Sequence record: SRR31156797_8891
Strand: one strand, 5' to 3'
DNA length: 55,612 bases
Shown here: positions 20,748-31,093 of the stretch, piece after piece
Layout: every line of letters starts with the position of its first letter
How positions within the stretch are numbered: the first letter of the stretch is position 1
Notes under the pieces: generated by a model
What the model saw: the letters and a program-made list of their open reading frames with translations, nothing else
Database searches by the model: none
Told to the model about the DNA's origin: nothing
Translations under genes and position numbers: made by a program

Positions 20748-21611
20748 TCAAGTCGCCCAGATCCTGGGCAGGGCAGCATCCCGTTTGAGTACATGAGGTC
20801 TCACATGTTTCCATACGGTTATAAAAAGTTCTCTTGCTTGAACGGTACTGGCTCCTAAGTAGCGCACAATAAGGGTGTCATCTAGCAGGGTCGCAGCCCA
20901 GAGGGCTTGAGCAGGTTGAGGTAGCAGCTCTCTGAGAGACTCAAGCAACGAGTCGTCGACACCTGTGGCCACAAATGACCCGACAACCGGTTTTTCTTGC
21001 AGGAAGGCAGCCTGAAATGCTTTTTTCTCTTTTGTAATGCTGAGTGCTTCAAGCAGCAGCGGTTTGTTGTTTCTGTATATGTTTAATCGAATCTCAGCCT
21101 TTCCCTGGCCGAAATTTTTTCTGTTAACCGGTAAGCCGAGACAGTGTATTTCCCAGCCAAGAAAAGCTGCCGTATCTTCTAGGTGCACAGTGGTTCGTAA
21201 GCTTGCTCTAGCGTCAGGGTAGTAGATAGTCTCTTGGGGCAGCCATTCCAGTGAAGTTCCTGCGCGCAGGGTGAAAGTTTGGTCCTGGACAGCCTGCTTT
21301 CCGTTGGTACGGTAAAACTTTGTTGCACCAGGGGTCGTGACCAGGAGCTGTCCTTTGTTGTGAGTGGTTATATTAAGTTCTAAATGGTCGCCGCCGACAA
21401 TCCCTGCAGGTGGATGCAGCAGGTAAAGGTGGCAGAGTGATCCCTCTGGGTAGAAGGGACTTTGGATGGTGAGCGGTCCTTTCTGCCTGCTTTTACTTAT
21501 GATGCTTTTCTCCCCCTTTGAACTGATTTCAAGATTGAGGGAAGCGCGCCATCCGTTATTGTGGGATTCGCTTGGTGGCGTAGGTATCTCTTTTTGTGTA
21601 TTGAGGGGCAT
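20748..21611 (-). CDS. ureD: Urease accessory protein UreD
   Basis: GPLTIQSPFYPEG, LLHPPAGIVGGD, TTPGATKFYR, LEWLPQETI, PRIWAT. ATG 21611 lies just after the urtE stop. Confidence 0.93.
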   Translation of the reverse strand: MPLNTQKEIPTPPSESHNNGWRASLNLEISSKGEKSIISKSRQKGPLTIQSPFYPEGSLCHLYLLHPPAGIVGGDHLELNITTHNKGQLLVTTPGATKFYRTNGKQAVQDQTFTLRAGTSLEWLPQETIYYPDARASLRTTVHLEDTAAFLGWEIHCLGLPVNRKNFGQGKAEIRLNIYRNNKPLLLEALSITKEKKAFQAAFLQEKPVVGSFVATGVDDSLLESLRELLPQPAQALWAATLLDDTLIVRYLGASTVQARELFITVWKHVRPHVLKRDAALPRIWAT

Positions 21612-21615
21612 CGAT

Positions 21616-22311
21616 TTATACAGTGAGGTATTCTTTGACCATATGCTCATTGAGCTGTTGAATAGTTCCGGTTTCCACGCAGTGTCCTCTGTCCATAATG
21701 AAAAAATTGTCTGCGACCATCCTCGCAAAAGGGAGTTTCTGTTCAACGAGGAGTACGGTTAAGCCAAACTCCTTGTTAATTTTTTTTATGATCTGTCCTA
21801 TTTCCTGAACAATATTAGGCTGAATCCCTTCAGTAGGTTCGTCGAGGATTAAGAGTTTCGGCTGAAGAACCAGTGCTCTGCCGATGGCAAGCTGTTGCTG
21901 CTGGCCGCCGGAGAGGTCGCCACCTCTTCTGCCGAGCATTTCCTGGAGTACAGGAAAAAGCTGGAAGATTAATTCCGGTATTTCTTTGGTGCCGCTTCTT
22001 GTGGCCCCGAGTCCGATGCGGAGGTTTTCTTCAACTGTCAAGAGTGGAAATATCTGGCGACCTTGCGGTACATAGCCGATGCCGGAATGAGCGCGGAGTT
22101 CGGCTGCCTGCTTGGTCAGGTCCTGTTCCTGGTAAAGGATTGATCCGGAGCGAATGGGAAGTAGTCCCATTATGCATTCAAGCAGCGTTGTTTTGCCGAC
22201 ACCGTTTCTCCCCATGAGTACGGTGCAGCTGCCGGGTTCAATTTCGACGGTTAAGTCCCAGAGGGTATGGCTTTCTCCGTAATACTGATTGAGCTTGTTG
22301 ATGGAAAGCAT
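21616..22311 (-). CDS. urtE: Urea ABC transporter ATP-binding subunit UrtE
   Basis: YYGESHTL, GRNGVGKT, GGDLSGGQQQQLAI, DEPTEGIQP. GGAGG RBS before ATG 22311. Confidence 0.93.
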   Translation of the reverse strand: MLSINKLNQYYGESHTLWDLTVEIEPGSCTVLMGRNGVGKTTLLECIMGLLPIRSGSILYQEQDLTKQAAELRAHSGIGYVPQGRQIFPLLTVEENLRIGLGATRSGTKEIPELIFQLFPVLQEMLGRRGGDLSGGQQQQLAIGRALVLQPKLLILDEPTEGIQPNIVQEIGQIIKKINKEFGLTVLLVEQKLPFARMVADNFFIMDRGHCVETGTIQQLNEHMVKEYLTV

Positions 22312-22318
22312 GTAGCTT

Positions 22319-23149
22319 TTATCCTCCAAGATAGACTTCGATTACTTTTTGATTGTTTTGAATATCGTCCATATTGCCTTCGGCTAGAACAGTTCCCTGG
22401 TGGAGTACGGTAACTTTTTGGGCAATGGAGCGGATAAAATCCATGTCATGCTCAACGACGACTACTGAATGTTCCCCTGCAAGATTATGGAGGAGTTCTG
22501 CTGTGCGATCCATCTCCTGGTGAGTCATTCCTGCAACCGGTTCGTCGATGAGAACCAGCTTAGGGTTCTGCATAAGGAGCATTCCTATTTCAAGCCATTG
22601 TTTTTGTCCGTGTGAGAGGGCACCTGCTTTGGCTTTTGCCTGCTCCACCAGGCCAATTAAGACCAGTGCTTCCGCTATTCTGTCTTGCTGTTCACTGGTG
22701 ATCTTTGCGCCAAGGGTAGCAATGATGCCCTTGTTGCCAGCCATTGCAAGCTCGAGGTTTTCGTAGGTCGTATGATTTTCAAAGACGGTAGGTTTTTGAA
22801 ATTTTCTGCCAATACCGGCAGCGGCAATTTCCGGTTCGTCAAGTTTAAGCAGATTGATATTTTGACCAAACCAAGCAGACCCTGTATCAGGGGCTGTTTT
22901 TCCGGTAATGATATCCATCATGGTGGTCTTGCCTGCACCGTTAGGTCCGATAATGCAGCGGAGCTCACCGTCATCAATATAGAGGTTCAGGTCATTGATG
23001 GCCTTGAAGCCGTCAAAGCTGACATTGATTCCCTCAAGATAAAGTATAACTCCTCGGTCAAGATCAAGAGAGGGGGGGGCTTCTGGCTTGAGGAATTCAA
23101 ATACTTCGTTTCTGCTAAAAACAGGATGCATGGCTTCAAGCGTGGTCAT
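22319..23149 (-). CDS. urtD: Urea ABC transporter ATP-binding subunit UrtD
   Basis: GPNGAGKT, GIGRKFQKP, LSHGQKQWLEIG, VYLG. Confidence 0.93.
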   Translation of the reverse strand: MTTLEAMHPVFSRNEVFEFLKPEAPPSLDLDRGVILYLEGINVSFDGFKAINDLNLYIDDGELRCIIGPNGAGKTTMMDIITGKTAPDTGSAWFGQNINLLKLDEPEIAAAGIGRKFQKPTVFENHTTYENLELAMAGNKGIIATLGAKITSEQQDRIAEALVLIGLVEQAKAKAGALSHGQKQWLEIGMLLMQNPKLVLIDEPVAGMTHQEMDRTAELLHNLAGEHSVVVVEHDMDFIRSIAQKVTVLHQGTVLAEGNMDDIQNNQKVIEVYLGG

Positions 23150-24246
23150 TATCTTGCCTCCTTCTTTTTGAAAAGTGCTGTTATCCCGCCGGAAATACCT
23201 TGCGGGAGAAAAAGAGTGACAAGGATAAAGAGTGCGCCTAAACCGAAGAGCCAGGCATCGGGAAAAGCAGCAGTAAGATAACTTTTTGCATAGTTGACCA
23301 CCAATGCTCCGGCAACAGCTCCGTAGAGAGTTGCCCGGCCTCCGACAGCAACCCAGATAACAATCTCGATGGAATTGAGGGGTGAAAACTCGGTGGGGTT
23401 GATGATACCTACCTGCGGTACATACAGTGCCCCAGCTATACCGGCAAGAACGGCTGAGAAGGTAAAGATAAAGAGCTTTGCATGTTCAACTCTGTAGCCG
23501 AGAAAGCGTACGCGGGATTCCTGGTCGCGAATAGCTGTGCAGACCCTTCCAAGCTTAGATTGGGTGATGTAGCGACAACTGATATACCCCAAGATCAGTG
23601 CAGTCGAAGATGCCGCAAATAACCCGGCTTTGGTTGCATCGTTTTGCAGCGAAAAACCAAGGATGTCTTTGAAGTCGGTCAAGCCGTTGTTTCCGCCAAA
23701 TCCCATTTCGTTTCTGAAAAAAGCAAGAAGGAGTGCATAGGTCATGGCCTGTGTAATAATGGAAAGGTAAACCCCGGTCACCCGTGACTTGAAAGCAAAC
23801 CAGCCGAAAAGAAAGGCCAATGCCGCCGGGGCCAGCATTACCATGAGCATGGCAAAGGGGAACCAGTTGAACCCATGCCAGAACCACGGCAGTTCCTGCC
23901 AATTCAGAAAAACCATAAAATCAGGGAGCAGGGGGTTGCCGTACACGCCGCGGTCGCCTATCTGCCGCATCAGGTACATGCCCATTGCGTAACCGCCAAG
24001 GCCAAAAAATGCGCCGTGCCCAAGACTGAGAATGCCTAGGTATCCCCAAACCAGATCCACTGAAAGTGCCAGGAGTGCATAGCAGAGGTACTTACCCAGC
24101 AAGGTCATGGTAAAGGTGGAAACATGGAAGGTGTGCCCTTCCGGAAGCAACTGATTGCATGCCGGTATGATCACGGCCATGAGCGCGAGCAAGGTAAGCA
24201 TGACTGTGCCAACCTTATCTCTGTATAGTGATTGGATTATCGACAT
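23149..24246 (-). CDS. urtC: Urea ABC transporter permease UrtC
   Basis: DLVWGYLGILSLGHG, LPDFM, GGNNGLTDF. Confidence 0.93.
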   Translation of the reverse strand: MSIIQSLYRDKVGTVMLTLLALMAVIIPACNQLLPEGHTFHVSTFTMTLLGKYLCYALLALSVDLVWGYLGILSLGHGAFFGLGGYAMGMYLMRQIGDRGVYGNPLLPDFMVFLNWQELPWFWHGFNWFPFAMLMVMLAPAALAFLFGWFAFKSRVTGVYLSIITQAMTYALLLAFFRNEMGFGGNNGLTDFKDILGFSLQNDATKAGLFAASSTALILGYISCRYITQSKLGRVCTAIRDQESRVRFLGYRVEHAKLFIFTFSAVLAGIAGALYVPQVGIINPTEFSPLNSIEIVIWVAVGGRATLYGAVAGALVVNYAKSYLTAAFPDAWLFGLGALFILVTLFLPQGISGGITALFKKKEAR

Positions 24247-24249
24247 GAC

Positions 24250-25866
24250 TTACTCCGCAGCACGGCCCTTTTGCGGGAAAAGACCCTGGGGGCGTTTCTG
24301 GATAAAAAGGATGATGAAAATAAGAATGAGAATTTTTGCGAGAACGGCTCCGATCCATGGTTCCAGAAATTTATTGGCTATGCCAAGAGATAGGCCACCA
24401 AGAAGCGTTCCCCAAAGGTTGCCGACCCCGCCAAATACTACGACCATAAAGGAGTCGATAATATATGCCTGGCCGAGGTTTGGTCCTACATTGGTTAATT
24501 GGGAAAGTGCAACTCCAGCAATACCGGCAATACCCGATCCAAGGCCGAAGGTAAGGGCATCCACCCTGGCTGCTTTAACGCCCATTGCCCGTGCCATATT
24601 TCTATTTTGAGCTACTGCCCGTACATTGAGGCCAAGTGAGCTTTTTTTGAGGAGGGCGAAAAGACCTGCAAAAACAATCATGGCAAATATGAAAATGGTT
24701 ACCCTGTTGGTTGTCAGCGAAAGGAGCGGGTTGATAACCAGCGAGCCGCTCATCCAGTCCGGGGTGGCGACACTCCGGTTCAGCGGTGAAAATATTGAGC
24801 GCACGGTTTGTTGCAGAACCAGGCTAATCCCAAAGGTCGCCAGCAGTGTTTCCAGAGGGCGTCCATAGAGAAATCGTATAACCGATTTTTCAATGAGAAT
24901 ACCTGTTAAGCCGGAGACACAAAAGGCTGCCGGTATGGAGAGGACGAGGGCAAGGCCAATATGATTGGGCATGAGTTGCTGCAGGACGTAGGTGGTATAG
25001 GCTCCTAACATGATCAGTTCGCCATGGGCCATATTGATGACGCCGATGACACCGAAGGTTATGGCTAAGCCTATTGCAGCTAGCACTAGTACCGAGCCAA
25101 GGCTCATGCCAAAAAACAGGGTTTCCAGCCGTGCATACCAAGTTGACTTGGCTTCAATTACTTTTAAGACGGCCTCAGCTTTTTTGAGGACAGTCGGGTC
25201 ATTCTCTTTTTCAACCAGAGCCTGGATGGCGTTCTTAACCACCGGGTTCAGGTTCCCTGCGATTAAGTTAAGGGAGGCCAATCGTTGTTGAGGGTCCTGG
25301 TGGTGCAGTCCTGCTACCGCAAGAGCGGATGTCAGTGCTTCCCGTACTTTTGGGTCCTGCTCTGTTTGTAAGCTGTTATTCAATAGTATTAAGAGCTCAG
25401 GGGTTAATCCTGTAAGAATTTCATTTACTGCTGCCAACCGTTGTTTCGCGTCAGGATGCTGTAGGTTTAGCCCGGCAAGCACAGTTTTTAAGACACCGCG
25501 CAGCTTATTGTTGATGGTAACCTTTTTGAGTTTTCTCTTTTTTATAAGCCCGAGGTCTTCTCCTGTTGGAAAAGCGGTAGCTGCATAATTTGCCCCCTGG
25601 GGTTCAGCGTAGACAAGGGTTTTGCCCTTTTTTATATAAAAAAGTTTGCCTGCATATACGGCCTGTAGTGTTTTCACTGCCAGCGGGCCGCCACTGTTAC
25701 CTATCAGGTGGATGGCCTGTTCTTTTTCTGTAAAACTCTTAGCAGTAAGGAGTTGCATCCCCTGCTCGAACTCGGCTGATTGCGCGGAGCCAAAGGCAGC
25801 TGATGTTGAGAGTATGGGTAGGCAGAAAAGTAAACCTGTTATGATAAATTGGAGGACCGTATTCAT
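24250..25866 (-). CDS. urtB: Urea ABC transporter permease UrtB with N-terminal periplasmic helical domain
   Basis: GVINMAHGE, LYGRPLETLLATFG, DSFMVVVFGGVG, RPQGLF. Confidence 0.93.
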   Translation of the reverse strand: MNTVLQFIITGLLFCLPILSTSAAFGSAQSAEFEQGMQLLTAKSFTEKEQAIHLIGNSGGPLAVKTLQAVYAGKLFYIKKGKTLVYAEPQGANYAATAFPTGEDLGLIKKRKLKKVTINNKLRGVLKTVLAGLNLQHPDAKQRLAAVNEILTGLTPELLILLNNSLQTEQDPKVREALTSALAVAGLHHQDPQQRLASLNLIAGNLNPVVKNAIQALVEKENDPTVLKKAEAVLKVIEAKSTWYARLETLFFGMSLGSVLVLAAIGLAITFGVIGVINMAHGELIMLGAYTTYVLQQLMPNHIGLALVLSIPAAFCVSGLTGILIEKSVIRFLYGRPLETLLATFGISLVLQQTVRSIFSPLNRSVATPDWMSGSLVINPLLSLTTNRVTIFIFAMIVFAGLFALLKKSSLGLNVRAVAQNRNMARAMGVKAARVDALTFGLGSGIAGIAGVALSQLTNVGPNLGQAYIIDSFMVVVFGGVGNLWGTLLGGLSLGIANKFLEPWIGAVLAKILILIFIILFIQKRPQGLFPQKGRAAE

Positions 25867-25898
25867 GGCTTCTTTTTTGGTTGAAGGTACTCGGAGTG

Positions 25899-25929
25899 CT
25901 CCCCGAAAATTATTGAAATTTCCGGGGAG
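25899..25929. other. Intergenic stem-loop after urtA (probable mRNA-stabilising or attenuating hairpin)
   Basis: CTCCCCGAAAATT-ATTG-AAATTTCCGGGGAG between urtA and urtB. Confidence 0.55.
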
Positions 25930-25942
25930 GGGAGGGCGATTT

Positions 25943-27229
25943 TTATTTTGTACCCGAGCACTTGGCGGAGACTACATTGTATGCGCCGCAGGAAAGGGGC
26001 TTGCGCCAGTCAGAGATCAGGTCCTTTGAACCTTCCAGGTAATCAGACCATGCATCACCAACTTCCAGGCCGGAGGTTTGCCAGACAATCTCGAACTGAC
26101 CGTCATCTTGAATTTCACCGATAAGTACAGGCTTGGTGATATGGTGATTGGGCATCATTGCCGAGTAACCACCGGAGAGGTTGGGGACAGTGACGCCGAT
26201 TATCGCGTCTTGTACGGCTTCAGCGTCGGTTGTACCTGCCTTTTCTACTGCTTTTACCCACATGTTGAATCCAATATAATGTGCTTCCATGGGATCGTTT
26301 GTTACGCGGGTTTCACTTTTGATGAATTTTTGCCAGCTCTCAATGAATGCGTCGTTTACTTCGCTGTCAACACTCATGAAGTAGTTCCAGGCGGCAAGAT
26401 GGCCGACCAGCGGTTTGGTGTCGATACCTGAGAGTTCTTCCTCGCCGACGGAAAATGCGACAACTGGAATATTGTCTGCAGTGATGCCCTGGTTACCGAG
26501 TTCTTTGTAGAAGGGCACATTGGCATCACCGTTAATGGTTGAAACCACAGCTGTTTTCTTGCCTTCGGAGCCGAATTTTTTAATATCGGCAACGATGGAC
26601 TGCCAATCGGAGTGTCCGAACGGCGTATAGTTGATCATGATATCGGCTGCTGCAACACCTTTTGCCTTAAGGTAGGCTTCGAGGATCTTGTTGGTCGTTC
26701 GTGGGTAAACATAGTCGGTACCTGCAAGGACCCAACGTTTGACGCCAATTTCTGTCATCAGGTAATCCACTGCAGGGATAGCCTGTTGGTTCGGCGCAGC
26801 GCCTGTATAAAAAACGTTTCTGGAGGACTCTTCACCTTCGTACTGTACCGGGTAAAAAAGCAGGCTGTTTTGTTCTTCGAAAACCGGAAGGACGGATTTT
26901 CTGGATACGGACGTCCAGCAACCGAATGTCGCTGCGACTTTTTCCTTTTCGATAAGCTCCTTGGCTTTTTCAGCAAAAAGAGGCCAGTTGGATGCAGGAT
27001 CGACCACCACGGCTTCCAGCTTTTTACCCAGAACGCCACCTTTTTTGTTTTGCTCGTCAATTAGCATGAGCATTGTGTCTTTAAGAGTGGTTTCACTGAT
27101 AGCCATGGTGCCTGAGAGGGAATGTAATATGCCGACTTTGATGGTGTCGGCTGCCATGGCAGTAGCTGAAATCGTCACAGCGAGAGCCGTCACACCAAAC
27201 GCTGTGGTCACCTTTTTCTTGAGTTTCAT
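25943..27229 (-). CDS. urtA: Urea ABC transporter substrate-binding protein UrtA
   Basis: LHSLSGTMAISE, FGCWTSVSRK, YPVQYEGEE, GTDYVYPR. AGAGG RBS before ATG 27229. Confidence 0.95.
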   Translation of the reverse strand: MKLKKKVTTAFGVTALAVTISATAMAADTIKVGILHSLSGTMAISETTLKDTMLMLIDEQNKKGGVLGKKLEAVVVDPASNWPLFAEKAKELIEKEKVAATFGCWTSVSRKSVLPVFEEQNSLLFYPVQYEGEESSRNVFYTGAAPNQQAIPAVDYLMTEIGVKRWVLAGTDYVYPRTTNKILEAYLKAKGVAAADIMINYTPFGHSDWQSIVADIKKFGSEGKKTAVVSTINGDANVPFYKELGNQGITADNIPVVAFSVGEEELSGIDTKPLVGHLAAWNYFMSVDSEVNDAFIESWQKFIKSETRVTNDPMEAHYIGFNMWVKAVEKAGTTDAEAVQDAIIGVTVPNLSGGYSAMMPNHHITKPVLIGEIQDDGQFEIVWQTSGLEVGDAWSDYLEGSKDLISDWRKPLSCGAYNVVSAKCSGTK

Positions 27230-27303
27230 TTTTGTCCTCTTGTGTAATTTTTTTTGTAGGGAAATGTTCAAGCCTGTCAAAATTGTTACGATTGTTGTTT
27301 GTT

Positions 27304-27320
27304 AAACAAGAAGCATGCCA
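27304..27320 (-). promoter_or_regulatory. Putative sigma54 promoter of the urt-ure operon
   Basis: Minus strand TGGCATGCTTCTTGTTT: good -24 box, -12 reads TTGT instead of TTGC. Confidence 0.55.
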
Positions 27321-27654
27321 TGTTGTTTGCGAGGAGAAAAATGGTTAAGCGATGGCGATTGCAAATGGTTAATTCTATGAAATACTTATTTGTTTTTCGA
27401 GTCTTTGGGAAGGGGTGTGGCTTTAAGAGCGGCGCCTTGAAAAATACATTTTTGTCATATAAAAGATGCTTTTGGGGACAAATGTGACTGTTATGTGTTT
27501 TTTGGTTAGAGCGAGGCTGGAAGTGAGGGACAGCTTGAGTGGTTTGTAGAGGACGTATCTGTTAGTGGTGTGGTTTTTTCATGTGAGTCAAAGGTGAACA
27601 CCCTTTATGGTTGGCACGAGATAATAAAAACTTGGGGTACGTGTCTAATTGATG

Positions 27655-28539
27655 TTAACGAGCTTCGTCTTGTGCCTGCACGTCTACCATCACAGACAGC
27701 ATGTGTACACCTCCACCCATCACCACGCCCTTTACTGGTGCCACATCGCCATAATCGCGTCCCCAGGCAACAGTTATGTAAGTTTCGTTGGTAATTAAGT
27801 TGTTGGTGGGGTCAAGGTCAACCCAGCCTACATCAGGAACAAAAATAGAAACCCAGGCATGGGAGGCGTCTGCGCCGACCAATTTTGGTTTTCCAGGTGG
27901 GGGGATGGTTTCCATATATCCACTGACATATCTTGCCGCAAGCCCAAGCCCCCTCAGGCAGCTGATGGCCAGGTGGGCAAAGTCCTGACAGACCCCCTTT
28001 CGGTTTACCAGCACTTGTTCAACGGTAGTATCGACCGTGCTCGCTGTTTTATCATATTCGAATTCCGTGAAAATTCGCCGGACTAAATCAACGGCCCCAC
28101 TCAATACAGGAGTTCGTGGAGGAAAGGATGCCAGTGCATAAGCCGTTGCGTCGGAGTTGATGGTTATCATTGGACTGGCAAAGACAAACTGATACGCCTC
28201 AAGTTCGTTCGGCTGCTTATGAGTGGCCAATCTAAAAGCTGTCTTTTCCCAGGGAACAGTTGTGTCGGGTGCTGGAGCTGCTGGTCGTGAGGTTCTGACT
28301 GTGCTGGTAGCAGACATGGCCAGTTCGTTATGGGGGTGTTGCACCATAAACACGTGAGCCGTATTTCCGAAAAAGTCTGTTCGACTGTGGAGGTACTGCG
28401 GTTTAGGCTCGATCGACAATTGACATTCAATGACCTCTTGCGTTGCTGTGACGCGTGGGTGCAGAAAGAGTTCATTTTGAGAGAGTGAGGCCGGTGCCGA
28501 GTAGCTGTAGCCTGTGTTATGAATAATACGATATTTCAT
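27655..28539 (-). CDS. Transglutaminase-like protein with bacterial N-terminal beta domain
   Basis: Cys-His-Asp triad: GVCQDFAH, ASHAW, DLDPTN. Start overlaps the upstream stop (ATGA). Confidence 0.9.
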   Translation of the reverse strand: MKYRIIHNTGYSYSAPASLSQNELFLHPRVTATQEVIECQLSIEPKPQYLHSRTDFFGNTAHVFMVQHPHNELAMSATSTVRTSRPAAPAPDTTVPWEKTAFRLATHKQPNELEAYQFVFASPMITINSDATAYALASFPPRTPVLSGAVDLVRRIFTEFEYDKTASTVDTTVEQVLVNRKGVCQDFAHLAISCLRGLGLAARYVSGYMETIPPPGKPKLVGADASHAWVSIFVPDVGWVDLDPTNNLITNETYITVAWGRDYGDVAPVKGVVMGGGVHMLSVMVDVQAQDEAR

Positions 28540-31061
28540 TCTGCGCGGGCACCTGAGATCATGGTGTAATGTGGTGTTGCCGGGACTCGGCTAAGATAAT
28601 GCCCGGTGACGTGTTGGGCAAATTCTTTAACAAGTTTTTCCATGGAAGAAAGGAATGCTGCCAATGACTCATTCTCAGCTTCACCCATGCCACATTGCAT
28701 TCTAGTGAGATCGAGAAGGCGAACGTTTGTGAGCATTTCCAGGGCAATACGTTCTTCGGCGCAGGAGAATCGCCGTTCACTCTGTTGAGGAAGGTGTTTA
28801 ACATGGTCGGCAAGCTGGTTAAATTGGAAAGCCAGCGATTTAGGGTTGCTTTCATCAGCGACCAGTAGATCCAGTACAGGCGCTAATTGGAAAGTCGATT
28901 TGTACCGGCCCCGATAGGTCATAAGGCTGTCAGATACTTCCAGCAGGGATTGCAAGGTATTTCTAGAATTGCTGCATACCTGGGGGAGGCCGATACGGAT
29001 CAGAGAAGTCTGATTCATGGCCCGTTCAATCCTTCGCCCCATATCCATGAAGCGCCACCCTAGGCCTCTGGTCATGCTCTCCATCGCCAGACCACTAAAA
29101 GCGCTCAGGGTGAACAAGGTCGTGTCTAGAGTTTCTAAAGGATCACTGGACTGACTGTCTGTGAAGTCTTCTAACTGGTGGATTATACGTGAGCAGTCGA
29201 CAGAAAGTCGATCACGAACGTTTCTGGCGGTTTCCTGCACGCGCTGTAAGATGAAAACAACGCTTTCAGGGTGATCCTTGCGATAGAGTGAATCATGGAG
29301 ATGTTGTAAAAGTTCGTGGTAAAGAGGGAGGCCGATTTCAGCTTCTGGTGATAGGGAAATAATATTTTTTGTTTTAAGAATATTGAGCAAAAACAGTAGC
29401 TCGGGGACGTCCTCTGGACGGTCTTCGCCTAATAACCGTCGATAAATTGATCGAAGCAGCCGTATCAACCCCTCTGCTCGCTCAAGATATCGCCCTAGCC
29501 AGAGTAGGTTGTCGGCGACTCTGCTGGGCTGGTCGCTGCTGCGTTTGAATTCTTCAACGGCATGGAATCCATCCATCAGGGTAAAAGGCTCGACCGGTTG
29601 ATCTGATATAACCCATATATCTTTGCTCTGCTGTCGTTTTGAATTATTTTTTTTGAGAGTTTCGGTGTCGCCGGCTGTAATTGCAAGACCTCCTGGCATA
29701 ACGATAAAGCCGTGCTCCGTTGCGCAGGCGAAAACTCGGAGTACATTATAGCACTCGCTGGCACCCAGATCATTCCATGCTGGAGCCAAAGAAGGTATGA
29801 AAGGGTCGGAAACCAGATATTCGGCTGGTTTTGCTTTAATTGCTGATAGCAAGTCAGCGGACTGGTCAATAGTGGCAGATTTGTCCATTGCTGAAGCAAT
29901 TGTTAATTGGTCCAGGCGACTCGCGGCATGCCCAAGTCCATCAGCGTTTCCGCACCACCACGCCGGGTGGTTTTCGAGTAACAAGTCTGTTCCCATCAAT
30001 TGTCGGCAAAGCGAAGGGAGGAAGGTTTTCAACACCGGAGTATCGACAAAACCGCTACCAATAGGATTGACGATATCAATATTTTGCTCACGACATACCT
30101 GGATAAGCCCCGCTACTCCATTGGCGGTTTCGCGCCTAAGGGCAAAGGGGTCACTGTTGAGGTCGGAAATATGCCGAAAAATTGCTTCCACCGGTTCAAG
30201 TCCTGCCAGCTTTTTTAAAAAAACTTTACCGTTGCGCACGGTGAGATCCTGCGCCTCAACCAGCGGGTAACCGAGATAGCGGGAGAGGAGGGCGTGCTCG
30301 TAATAGATATGGCTGTCCGGGCCTGGAGAGAAAAGCACAATACCCGGATCTTCTTTGCGAAGAGATGCTCGTTGAATCAGGGCCTGGTGAAAGCTTTGGA
30401 AAAAAGGTGCCAGCCTGCGTATCTGGGTATTGTGATAGAGATCGGGAAATATCCGAGACATAACGATTCGGTTTTCCAGGGCATAGCCAAGGCCCTCAGG
30501 AATGGAGCCAAAGTCTTGCAGGACTCGGAAGCGTCCGTCTGCCCCCCGGTAAAGGTCGGCTGTATAGAACGTCAGAAACCGGTTGCCGGAAGGTTGAATT
30601 CCGTGGCAGGAATGTAAAAAATTGGGATTTGCAAAGATCAACTCTGCTGGGATACTCCCATTTGCCAACAACTCCTGCTGCCCATAGGTGTCTGCGAGGA
30701 TTTTTTCGAGCAAAAGTGCACGCTGCGTCAAGCCTGCTTCAATTCCTGTCCATTCATAATCTGAAATGGGAAACGGAATCATGTCGAGCGCCCAGGAGGT
30801 GGCTCTTTCTTTTGGATCGGCAAAAGGGTTAATGGTGGCACCATCTTCGTGGCGCATGCGCCGGGCCTTCTCGTGTCGGTTCCTTAATGAGTCAGGTCCC
30901 TTTTGATTAAATTCGTCGAGAATAGATTGCCAATGGTTACGCGGCTGCCCCTGTGAAGAAAACGGCTCACAATAGGCATCTTCAGGCAGCGAAACCGTAT
31001 CAAAAAGCGATACGGTTTCGGTCTTCAGCCTGGAGGGTGCGTTAAAATCTGTGTTACTCAT
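28536..31061 (-). CDS. Circularly permuted ATP-grasp domain (degenerate) fused to an alpha-E domain
   Basis: GLGYALENR, VMPGGL, SKDIWV, then alpha-E motifs WLGRYLERAE and GRRIERA. The catalytic ExN is replaced (VLQDF). Confidence 0.85.
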   Translation of the reverse strand: MSNTDFNAPSRLKTETVSLFDTVSLPEDAYCEPFSSQGQPRNHWQSILDEFNQKGPDSLRNRHEKARRMRHEDGATINPFADPKERATSWALDMIPFPISDYEWTGIEAGLTQRALLLEKILADTYGQQELLANGSIPAELIFANPNFLHSCHGIQPSGNRFLTFYTADLYRGADGRFRVLQDFGSIPEGLGYALENRIVMSRIFPDLYHNTQIRRLAPFFQSFHQALIQRASLRKEDPGIVLFSPGPDSHIYYEHALLSRYLGYPLVEAQDLTVRNGKVFLKKLAGLEPVEAIFRHISDLNSDPFALRRETANGVAGLIQVCREQNIDIVNPIGSGFVDTPVLKTFLPSLCRQLMGTDLLLENHPAWWCGNADGLGHAASRLDQLTIASAMDKSATIDQSADLLSAIKAKPAEYLVSDPFIPSLAPAWNDLGASECYNVLRVFACATEHGFIVMPGGLAITAGDTETLKKNNSKRQQSKDIWVISDQPVEPFTLMDGFHAVEEFKRSSDQPSRVADNLLWLGRYLERAEGLIRLLRSIYRRLLGEDRPEDVPELLFLLNILKTKNIISLSPEAEIGLPLYHELLQHLHDSLYRKDHPESVVFILQRVQETARNVRDRLSVDCSRIIHQLEDFTDSQSSDPLETLDTTLFTLSAFSGLAMESMTRGLGWRFMDMGRRIERAMNQTSLIRIGLPQVCSNSRNTLQSLLEVSDSLMTYRGRYKSTFQLAPVLDLLVADESNPKSLAFQFNQLADHVKHLPQQSERRFSCAEERIALEMLTNVRLLDLTRMQCGMGEAENESLAAFLSSMEKLVKEFAQHVTGHYLSRVPATPHYTMISGARAE

Positions 31062-31093
31062 ATTACAGTTAATGCCTCTTTGCAATTTCTTGG

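Noticed and set aside
25140-25866. Large extra N-terminal domain on UrtB
   Set aside because: A normal feature of proteobacterial UrtB, not novel.
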